Part shown: positions 53,397-61,499 of the stretch, piece by piece
Layout: every line of letters starts with the position of its first letter
How positions within the stretch are numbered: the first letter of the stretch is position 1
Source: an uncultured Pirellulaceae bacterium
GTDB taxonomy: Bacteria; Planctomycetota; Planctomycetia; Pirellulales; Pirellulaceae
DNA length: 64,000 bases
Direction: 5' to 3'
Assembly (NCBI GenBank): GCA_938082855.1
Contig: CALKCC010000082.1
Span: forward strand, 179 to 64,178
Position numbers and translations under genes: made by a program
The notes under the pieces: generated by a model
What the model was told of the DNA's origin: nothing
Database searches by the model: none
Seen by the model: the letters and a program-made list of their open reading frames with translations, nothing else

Positions 53397-55466
53397 ATGC
53401 ATCCATATTTTAAGAATCTAGCCATGCGTATTCGATCATTCCTTATCGTTACATTCTTTTCACTTAGTCTCTTGTTAAGCGGTTGTGGAGAGAAAGAGCA
53501 AGCCGAGCAACCTGCACCAACGCCAGAAACGGTTCAAAATAGTGTGCCGGAAATCCCAGAGGATGTTCAGAATTCACTCTCTGAATTACAGGACACGCTT
53601 GGCAATTTGACGCGTGGCAATGAAGAGCCTGCTGCACCGGCAAGTGACGTCGCGCTCTATGGTGAAAACACGATCGACACCTCTGTAATTCTTGATGACT
53701 ATCATGTTGCGGTCTGGATCAACGCTGAAAAACTTCTGAATTCCGAAGTCGTTGAGTCGTTCTTCAAGGTCGCTGGCGCTGACGCACCTCCCGGTTCGCA
53801 CCCCTTGGAAGGCCTGAAACAAGACATGGGTATTGATCCAGAGCTGATTTCAAGTGCGCTCTTTTTAGCTGCCATCCCAGAGGCACCGGACAATTCCGTC
53901 GATAGCTACAAAGACGACCTCCCAGTAGACCCTTCTACATTGGAAGAACCACCGAAGGAGGAAGTCTTGGAAGTCATTGAAGGAGATTTCGCGGTTCCAC
54001 AGGATGAGCCCATTGACGAAATCAAAACAGTGACGCCGGAACAACCAGAGGTCGTGCAATTCAAAACAATGCCGGCCCGCCCAAATATTCAATATGGAGC
54101 CGTCATCAAATTCCAAAAGGTGACAGACCTCTCGAAGCTCATTGAAAAAATCACCACCGCTCGCCACTTCGATTATGTTGACAATCAACTCGTACCGAAT
54201 CATCAGACCGGAACACAAGTAGAATTTAATGGCCATAAATACGTGCAGGGAGCAGAAGGACAACCTTCCGCCTATCTCAAAGATGAGACCACTCTGATTG
54301 TTGCCAGCGAAGCGGAATTGAAAGCGATGATCGAAGGCAAGGGTGGCTCTAACAAACTTGCTGAGATGATTGGCAAAATCGGAGGCGACAATACATTTGT
54401 CTTTGCGGCCACTACCGACGAAATCAAGGATACCTATTCACAGCTCAATCTGTCCGAACTCGGCCTACCCGTACCGCAAATGGGTCAGCTACTGGAAATC
54501 GCACAAAAGGTAAACACTTCACTTGTCGCATTGAATCCTGATTCGGATACTCCTGTATTCCTGCAACTCGCTGCTGTAGATGCTCAAGCCTCGAAGGACA
54601 TGTTCATGCAGCTCAATGCTCTGGCAACCATGGCGAAGGTCATGCTACCCGCTCAGGTCCAGCAGTTTGAGTCCAATCCAAATACGGATCCCGCTACCCT
54701 GCGTGCATTGCAAGTCGGATCGGAATTGGCCAAAAATCTGAATGTGAGTAACGAGGCTGAAACCGTCACTGTCTCATTGACCTGGAACGCAGCTTTACGA
54801 ACACAACTGCTCGAGCTTGTCACCGTCGCTGCAGGCAAAGCCCGTGGTGCAGCCAGATCTGCCCAAAGCAAAAACAACATGAAACAAATTGGACTCGCAG
54901 TTTACAACTATGATTTCACTTACGAGAATTTCCCCGTCGGTGAAAAGGACGGAATTAAATTCGCGGATGGAAAGCCACTGTTAAGCTGGCGAGTTCATAT
55001 CCTGCCGTTTATCGAACAACAGGCGTTATACGATCGATTCAAACTGGACGAGCCCTGGGATAGCGAACACAACATTAAGTTATTAGATGAAATGCCATTT
55101 GTTTATGCTAATCCTGCTCACAAAGGCCTCAAGAATAAAACCGTGTATCGTGCACCCGCCGGAGACAACTCGATTTTGGGTGGTAACTCTGTTATCGGTC
55201 TTAAAGACATATTAGACGGCACTGCCAACACCGCCATGGTGCTTGATGTAGCCCCTGAAATGGCGATTGAATGGACCAAGCCTGACTCGCTGGCTATCGA
55301 CGCAGACAACGTGGTCTCATCCTTCGGCGAACTGAAAAAGGTGATCACGGTGCTATTGTCCGATGGATCTGTACTAGATATTCCACTCTCCATGGAGAAC
55401 GACAAGTGGAATCTGTTCTTAGATTACAAAGACGGTAAGGCACTCGAATTGCCTCGAGGCCAATAA
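53397..55466 (+). CDS. Lipoprotein with a long N-terminal extension and a C-terminal DUF1559 (H-X9-DG-type) domain
   Basis: Lipobox LLLSGC. The C-terminal ~210 aa has DUF1559 motifs (KNNMKQIGLAVYNY, LLSWRVHILPFIEQQALYDRF, DEPWDSEHN, DILDGTANT, LLSDGSV). The start is ATG 53397 or 53424; the 53349 start would read through the terminator. Confidence 0.75.
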   Translation: MHPYFKNLAMRIRSFLIVTFFSLSLLLSGCGEKEQAEQPAPTPETVQNSVPEIPEDVQNSLSELQDTLGNLTRGNEEPAAPASDVALYGENTIDTSVILDDYHVAVWINAEKLLNSEVVESFFKVAGADAPPGSHPLEGLKQDMGIDPELISSALFLAAIPEAPDNSVDSYKDDLPVDPSTLEEPPKEEVLEVIEGDFAVPQDEPIDEIKTVTPEQPEVVQFKTMPARPNIQYGAVIKFQKVTDLSKLIEKITTARHFDYVDNQLVPNHQTGTQVEFNGHKYVQGAEGQPSAYLKDETTLIVASEAELKAMIEGKGGSNKLAEMIGKIGGDNTFVFAATTDEIKDTYSQLNLSELGLPVPQMGQLLEIAQKVNTSLVALNPDSDTPVFLQLAAVDAQASKDMFMQLNALATMAKVMLPAQVQQFESNPNTDPATLRALQVGSELAKNLNVSNEAETVTVSLTWNAALRTQLLELVTVAAGKARGAARSAQSKNNMKQIGLAVYNYDFTYENFPVGEKDGIKFADGKPLLSWRVHILPFIEQQALYDRFKLDEPWDSEHNIKLLDEMPFVYANPAHKGLKNKTVYRAPAGDNSILGGNSVIGLKDILDGTANTAMVLDVAPEMAIEWTKPDSLAIDADNVVSSFGELKKVITVLLSDGSVLDIPLSMENDKWNLFLDYKDGKALELPRGQ

Positions 55467-55486
55467 GGACTCGAGCAAAGAGAGAC

Positions 55487-56686
55487 CTAATTCGCGGCAA
55501 AGTTCAGAATACGGACGGCAGAGCCTTGGCTTAATGCATCACGTGCAACACTAATTCGCACCTGAATTTGATGAGTCCCTGGTTTCAATCCTTCCACTAA
55601 CATCACAGTCCTTGGGTAATGTAATCCCATGCTGTGTCGATGGAATAGATTAATACTTTGCCATTGGTCTTGGCCTACAACTTTTACTTCAATTGCTCCC
55701 GCATCCGGACCAGCCAAAACAAAGGCTCCGAGCGACTGTCCAGTGAAGGTATAAGTAAACTGACTGTTTACCTGGCTGCCATGCAGAAGTTTCTGTCCTG
55801 CGAATGTACTTCTGAAGGAACCTTTGAGATCTTTCCAATTGGGTACGGAGACTGTCCAGTTTCCATCGTGCTTTGCCTTGGCCGGTGACTCCAACCGTCC
55901 ATTCATGTAGCTCCCTTGATCAAGCGGCTTCTCTGGAACCACATGAGGCTTAACGCCAACTGATTCCGCCGACCAACCTTGTTCGAGGATCTTCTTAATC
56001 ATGGCTGTGCAAATCGCATTGCCGTAAGGCTTTGGATGAACACCTCCATAGAGCTCCCATGTTGTCTTACCTGCGTCGATTAATTCAGTAAGCTCAGAAC
56101 ACAAATCATTGGTTGATACCTGATAGTATTGGCACACTCGATTGTGTGCCGCGATGGAGATTGGAACCTCACCCTTGCGAATCGTCTCCATCATGCCTGT
56201 ATTCGCAAAGTGGGTAACCACAATATCCGCATTTGGATTATGTCTGCGGGCCTGAACAATCAACCCTTCCATACCACGTAATGCATGTACCAAATCATGC
56301 CCTGCGTCTTGATCATCATTCACCGCAAATTCGATAAACAATAAGTCTACGGAGCCTTTGGATAGAACATCTCGCTGAAGTCGATGAGCTCCGGTCATCG
56401 AACAAGTCGAGGAAATCCCGGCGTTGGTAAATGTAAATTCGGTGTTTGGAAATCGCTTTTCCAGATACGCCGCAACCATCGGTCGATAGCCATTCATCTG
56501 GGTAATACTGCCACCGATGAAAGCGACATGTCCTTTACCAGTATCCTCAAAGACATGCTTGCTATTGTTGAGCGAACCACGTAAATGGAAGTGTTTATTC
56601 GTGGTCTGAGGAATTTCCTGAGCGGCAAGGCTCCCGTAGCAATGAAGTGTGAGACTCAGCCACACAGACAACCATAGACGAATCAT
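55487..56686 (-). CDS. SGNH/GDSL-type hydrolase, secreted
   Basis: Signal peptide, block I VAFIGGSIT, block III-like FTNAGISS and block V-like region. The start overlaps the DUF1501 stop by 1 nt (TGATG). Confidence 0.75.
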   Translation of the reverse strand: MIRLWLSVWLSLTLHCYGSLAAQEIPQTTNKHFHLRGSLNNSKHVFEDTGKGHVAFIGGSITQMNGYRPMVAAYLEKRFPNTEFTFTNAGISSTCSMTGAHRLQRDVLSKGSVDLLFIEFAVNDDQDAGHDLVHALRGMEGLIVQARRHNPNADIVVTHFANTGMMETIRKGEVPISIAAHNRVCQYYQVSTNDLCSELTELIDAGKTTWELYGGVHPKPYGNAICTAMIKKILEQGWSAESVGVKPHVVPEKPLDQGSYMNGRLESPAKAKHDGNWTVSVPNWKDLKGSFRSTFAGQKLLHGSQVNSQFTYTFTGQSLGAFVLAGPDAGAIEVKVVGQDQWQSINLFHRHSMGLHYPRTVMLVEGLKPGTHQIQVRISVARDALSQGSAVRILNFAAN

Positions 56687-58137
56687 CAGGCAATTATATC
56701 CTCAACGACTTTCGCATCTGCGTTGACGGTCAGTTTCTGCTCCTGACCGTTATGCAGGTAATAGAGCTCTTTGTGGTCGATGCCAAACAACTTAAATACC
56801 GTCGCCTGATAATCATTAGGATTAACGATATTCTCAGCAGCCTTGTGCCCCACTTCATCAGATTCACCATAGGTAATACCTGACTTAATTCCGCCACCGG
56901 CAAGCCAAGTGCTGAAACCTTGTCCATTGTGATCTCGGCCGCCGGATTTTGGGTCACCCTCAACTACAGGTAGACGGCCAATCTCGCCTCCCCAATGCAC
57001 GAGTACTTCATCGAGCATGCCTCGTTGCTTTAAGTCTTTGACGAGTCCTGCTGACGGTTTATCTGTCTTCTTACACGCTGAAGGCAAAGCTGTATGGAGA
57101 CTGTTATGATTGTCCCACGGTTGGCCTGCATGGAATAGCTGAACAAATCTCACACCACGTTCTACCAATCGTCGAGCGATGAGACAGCGAGTTCCATATT
57201 CCCGAGTCGCTTCCTCATCGATTCCGTAAAGCTTATGCGTCGCTTCGGTCTCCTGAGAAATATCCAATGCTTCTCTAGCAGCATCCTGCATTCGAGCGGC
57301 CAATTCATAACTTGCAATTCGCGCTTCTAACTCATGCTCACCGGGATGCTTTTCCGCATGACGGCGATTCAGCTTACCCAAGAATCCCAAATTGGATTCC
57401 TGAACACCACCACGTAAATGCTCAGGCGCATCTAAATTCAATATCCGTGGTTCCTTCGGTCGTAATACCGTGCCCTGATAGATGGACGGCATCCATCCAT
57501 TGGACCAATTATGAGTCGAATCCACAGGGTGACCGCCAGGGTCTGTCAGAACCATATAGGCCGGAAGGTTCTGTGATGCGCTGCCTAATGCATAAGTTAA
57601 CCAGCTACCCAAGGCCGGACGCCCGGTCACGCCAGCAATCCCCGCATTCATATAACGGATGGATACTTCGTGGCCGTTGTACCCAGTATGCATCGAACGA
57701 ATTAAGCAAATGTCATCCGCAATGGAACCAATGTGAGGGACTAGCTCGGACATTTCCGTTCCGCACTCGCCATACTTTCGGAACTTAAACTGAGTGCCCT
57801 TAAGCACCTTAGTCGCGCGTTTAATGAAGCTAAATCCAATATCTCCATCGTAGGATTTGCCATCCAACCGAGTTAATTCCGGCTTGGGATCAAACAAATC
57901 CATATGGGAAGGTCCACCGTGCTGAAACAACGAGATCATGGCTTTCGCCTGCGGCTCGAAGTGAGGCTGCTTCGGCGTGAGATCAAACGTCTGTGGTTCG
58001 AGTTTCACATTACGTGGAACACCCAGTAGATTCTCTTCCTGCAATAGAGTAGCCAGTGCGACCATACCAACGCCCATCGCATTTTCACGCAAAAACGAGC
58101 GTCTGGAGAATTCACTTGGAGGATTTAGTTTTGTCAT
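56686..58137 (-). CDS. DUF1501 family protein, Tat-like signal
   Basis: N-terminus SRRSFLRENAMGVG with motifs FQHGGPSHMD, PWDNH and GGRDHNGQGF. It lies immediately downstream of a DUF1553 gene. Confidence 0.9.
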   Translation of the reverse strand: MTKLNPPSEFSRRSFLRENAMGVGMVALATLLQEENLLGVPRNVKLEPQTFDLTPKQPHFEPQAKAMISLFQHGGPSHMDLFDPKPELTRLDGKSYDGDIGFSFIKRATKVLKGTQFKFRKYGECGTEMSELVPHIGSIADDICLIRSMHTGYNGHEVSIRYMNAGIAGVTGRPALGSWLTYALGSASQNLPAYMVLTDPGGHPVDSTHNWSNGWMPSIYQGTVLRPKEPRILNLDAPEHLRGGVQESNLGFLGKLNRRHAEKHPGEHELEARIASYELAARMQDAAREALDISQETEATHKLYGIDEEATREYGTRCLIARRLVERGVRFVQLFHAGQPWDNHNSLHTALPSACKKTDKPSAGLVKDLKQRGMLDEVLVHWGGEIGRLPVVEGDPKSGGRDHNGQGFSTWLAGGGIKSGITYGESDEVGHKAAENIVNPNDYQATVFKLFGIDHKELYYLHNGQEQKLTVNADAKVVEDIIA

Positions 58138-58141
58138 CGAT

Positions 58142-61100
58142 TTATTCCATATATAGGAACTGATTTGATGTAAGTAATGCCTGACAATAATTCGTCATAG
58201 CTTGCTCAAATGGTGATTCATTCCCAGATTCAATGAGAAGTACCACTTGTTGCTGGATAAATTCCAACGACAACGCGACTTCCTGAGTCGTAGGCAATCT
58301 GCCATAGGCCAACTGCCAACCATAGGCTAGTTGCTCAGGAATCGTTGCCTTTAATTCATAAGCACTCAGATCCAAAGGACCATGGAAGTCGGCTTCGGAA
58401 TCCCATGCTAGCTTGGATTCCGATTCAAGAACGCTGATTTTATAAACGTTGGAAAATGAATCTGACGTGTAGTTGTCTTTCATATCCACGATGGCATCGA
58501 GTGTATCACCGGGCTCAACATCCACTGTGATTTCGTAGTCCTGTCCGCCATGTTTGACACTCCATTGTCCTAGCTGGCCGACACGACTGCTATGAAGTGT
58601 CAATCGAACACCATCACCATTATCAGATGGATGATGAACATTTCCTTTGATCTGTACCTTTCCTTTAATCGGAGAAGTCCACCGACGGATAGGGCTTAAA
58701 TGTAGAGGAGCCGTATGGCCACTAGTCTTATTGAGGAATGAAAATCCCAGCTTTTCATCTGGTACTTTCTCACCACCTTTCCAGGTATTACCACCAAAAA
58801 ACGGATAGGGCGTAAAGACCACCGGTGCAATCTCCGCTTCGACTTCCTGATTCACATGGCCGAAACCGTAAGACCACGGATTCCCATTGGATAAAGCATT
58901 TTCAGGAAGAACCAAATTCAGGCCTTCGATAATGGAGGAATCCACTTTGCCTTGTGCTTCTTGATTGAGGCGAGTGGCGAAAGATGAGGCGAATTGAAGA
59001 ATGAAATCACTATTCATCATCATCAATGATTGAGTGGCCACAGTGGAACTATCCCGTTGTGTGCAATTAACCTCCATCGCCGGAGCATCAAATGCTTTAA
59101 GCAATGCCACAGGCTCAGTCCGCTTCATCTGCAAATAAACACTACGACGTTGTACATCACCAGCGATGATGACCTGTCCGGACGTGTCTTTTCCAACCAT
59201 AACCGGTGCTCCGAACGATGTGCCATCCAACTTACCGCTGACAGCAAGAATCGAATCACGGATGGCTTCCGCATCCAGTCGCTTCACTGGGAAGTGTGAG
59301 TAGAGCTGATTGCCACCATCGACTTGGTCGCCTTCGGGTGTACGGAGGGATTGCTGCAGGTAAACCGTTGAGGTCATCAATACACGGTGAAGATGCTTCA
59401 GACTCCAACCTTTTGCCATAAATTCATCCGCTAACCAGTCCAACACTTCTGGCTGAGTCGGCAGTGAACCCAGTTTTCCAAATTCGCCAGGGGTGTCAAC
59501 AATTCCTGTTCCAAAGTGATGCATCCAAAACCGATTGACCAAAACACGAGCGACTAGTGGATGCCGCCCGCTAGTTAACCAACGAGCGTATTGCAGTCGG
59601 CGACCAGTGGTTGGTGCGTCTGCAGCATTATCTTTGATGGCAAAAGGGCTATCTGCAGGAGCTGCCACTGTCAGGCCACCTGGTTTCACTTCGTGTTGAG
59701 GCTGACGATAATCTCCGCGATAAAACAGGAAGGTAGGATCCACTTCCTTAACCTGCTTGGTCAGAGCTCGAACATATTCATGAACTGGTTTAGTCGCCCT
59801 TACCTTGGCAACTTCGGCATCTAGCTTCTTCAATTCATCGGCATGGCCCTGATTGTACTGATACAACACACCTGGACTGAGGTTTCCAATATTTGGATTC
59901 TTGGCAAGTAATTCCTTTTGTTCCGCAGTCCGTTTATCTCCAGCAGCTCGGTAAGCCGCTTCGAGTGGTTCGCGTAAGGCTTCATCGACTTTTTCGAGTT
60001 CGGCAGCCAGAGCCATATCCATGTATTCTGTCTGCTTCGCATTCCTAGCCGTCACCATCTCTTGCGCCTGGGCTTCAATCTCAGCAGCCTTGGCATGGTC
60101 TTCATCTGTGTACAACGAGACGGCTCGATTCCCAGGTACCTTCCAACGCTTCGGATTTAAGGCCGGTTCGAATACTGCTCGTAGCCGATAATAATCTTCC
60201 TGAGATATCGGGTCGTAACGATGGTCATGACATTGGGCACAACCAACACTCATACCCAGTAAACCTGTAGACACAATCTTCACTGTGTCTATAACAACCT
60301 GATTACGCGTCTCATCGGAGTTAGCCTGTCCCGTGCCATCGGCGGCCATGCGTAAATAACCTGTTGCCGTGAGCTTATCAATTTCCTGTGATGTCATGTT
60401 CTTGTAAGGTGGCTCAACTAACTCATCTCCGGCTAACTGCCATGTAATGAATTGATCGAACGGCATATCTGCCGCAATGGCCCTAATCACCCAGTCGCGA
60501 TATTTATAAGCCCACTGTCTATTCGCGTCACTGTTACTGGCTCCTTCTGAGTCGGCATAACCGGCAACATCCAACCAATGCCGTCCCCATCGCTCACCAT
60601 ATTGTGGGCTGTCTAGCAAACGGTCGAGAACTTTTGTCCAGGCTTCCGGCGTATCATCGGCAAGAAACGCTGCTAGCTCCTCATGGGTTGGAGGGAGTCC
60701 GGTTAGTGCGAGTGACGCTCGACGAAGCAAAGTGGACTTATCGGCTTCCGGAGCAAATGACAGATCCTGCTTTTCCATTCGAGCTAGTAAAAGTGCATCA
60801 ATCGGAGTTCGCACTCGATCCACGTTTTCTACTGTCGGCACAGTAGGCCGACGGATGGGCTGAAAGGCCCAGTAAGATCGTTCTTCAGGCGTCACGCCCA
60901 GTCCTGGACCGATCGTGGCAGGTTCAGGACGTGATGTTTTAGCGCCTTCAAGAATCCATTTCCGGATCGTAGCAATCTGCTCATCCGGTACCCGATGTGA
61001 ACCTGGTGGCATTTCACCGCTCACCATTCGTTCAAGCAAATAGCTTTCATCTGGCTTACCTTTAATCAATGCCGGTCCGAATTCGCCTCCCTTTTCCATC

Positions 61101-61309
61101 AATCGAACTAAACGCAGGTCCAATTCTCCTTTCACTTCGGCTTCGGCGCCATGACAGTCATAGCAATGAGCTCGGAAAATCGGACGGATATGCTTTTCAA
61201 ACGTCAACGCTTCATCGGCCTGAGTAAAGGGCGAATAGAGTCCGATTAACGTCGACAAAAAGGCCAAGCAGAGAGATCGTGTTAGCGTAAAGGGATAACG
61301 CAATTTCAT
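58142..61309 (-). CDS. PSCyt (planctomycete cytochrome c) / DUF1549 / DUF1553 domain protein
   Basis: 1055 aa with a signal peptide. N-terminal heme motif CYDCHG and a second CxxCH (CAQCHDH). Domain order is typical of PSD1-type proteins paired with DUF1501. Confidence 0.9.
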   Translation of the reverse strand: MKLRYPFTLTRSLCLAFLSTLIGLYSPFTQADEALTFEKHIRPIFRAHCYDCHGAEAEVKGELDLRLVRLMEKGGEFGPALIKGKPDESYLLERMVSGEMPPGSHRVPDEQIATIRKWILEGAKTSRPEPATIGPGLGVTPEERSYWAFQPIRRPTVPTVENVDRVRTPIDALLLARMEKQDLSFAPEADKSTLLRRASLALTGLPPTHEELAAFLADDTPEAWTKVLDRLLDSPQYGERWGRHWLDVAGYADSEGASNSDANRQWAYKYRDWVIRAIAADMPFDQFITWQLAGDELVEPPYKNMTSQEIDKLTATGYLRMAADGTGQANSDETRNQVVIDTVKIVSTGLLGMSVGCAQCHDHRYDPISQEDYYRLRAVFEPALNPKRWKVPGNRAVSLYTDEDHAKAAEIEAQAQEMVTARNAKQTEYMDMALAAELEKVDEALREPLEAAYRAAGDKRTAEQKELLAKNPNIGNLSPGVLYQYNQGHADELKKLDAEVAKVRATKPVHEYVRALTKQVKEVDPTFLFYRGDYRQPQHEVKPGGLTVAAPADSPFAIKDNAADAPTTGRRLQYARWLTSGRHPLVARVLVNRFWMHHFGTGIVDTPGEFGKLGSLPTQPEVLDWLADEFMAKGWSLKHLHRVLMTSTVYLQQSLRTPEGDQVDGGNQLYSHFPVKRLDAEAIRDSILAVSGKLDGTSFGAPVMVGKDTSGQVIIAGDVQRRSVYLQMKRTEPVALLKAFDAPAMEVNCTQRDSSTVATQSLMMMNSDFILQFASSFATRLNQEAQGKVDSSIIEGLNLVLPENALSNGNPWSYGFGHVNQEVEAEIAPVVFTPYPFFGGNTWKGGEKVPDEKLGFSFLNKTSGHTAPLHLSPIRRWTSPIKGKVQIKGNVHHPSDNGDGVRLTLHSSRVGQLGQWSVKHGGQDYEITVDVEPGDTLDAIVDMKDNYTSDSFSNVYKISVLESESKLAWDSEADFHGPLDLSAYELKATIPEQLAYGWQLAYGRLPTTQEVALSLEFIQQQVVLLIESGNESPFEQAMTNYCQALLTSNQFLYME

Positions 61310-61430
61310 AACATCAGGGTGGGCTAGGGAAGGATGCGAAGGGGTGGGATTCCGTTCCTTTATTTTAATTCAAAGTCGCTTATCCTGCATCGCTGAATCA
61401 TCGTTGAATTCGACACCCCGTCGTCTCGCA

Positions 61431-61468
61431 ACAAAAACCCACTTATTTGGATTCCAAACAAGTGGGTT
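61431..61468 (-). terminator. Rho-independent terminator downstream of the sulfatase gene
   Basis: On the minus strand there is a 9-bp stem AACCCACTT/AAGTGGGTT (61436-61444 / 61460-61468) with an inner TTTGG/CCAAA extension, followed by TTTTGTTG. Confidence 0.65.
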
Positions 61469-61499
61469 CAATCGTATTCAAATTGCCAAGCTCGGCAAG

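Noticed and set aside
61317-61348. A G-quadruplex-type motif (GGG-T-GGG-CTA-GGG-N11-GGGG-T-GGG) on the plus strand, just upstream of the minus-strand PSCyt gene start.
   Set aside because: It is a single occurrence with one long (11-nt) loop and no second copy at comparable positions of the other DUF1553/DUF1501 loci in the window. It is likely chance, so it is noted only.
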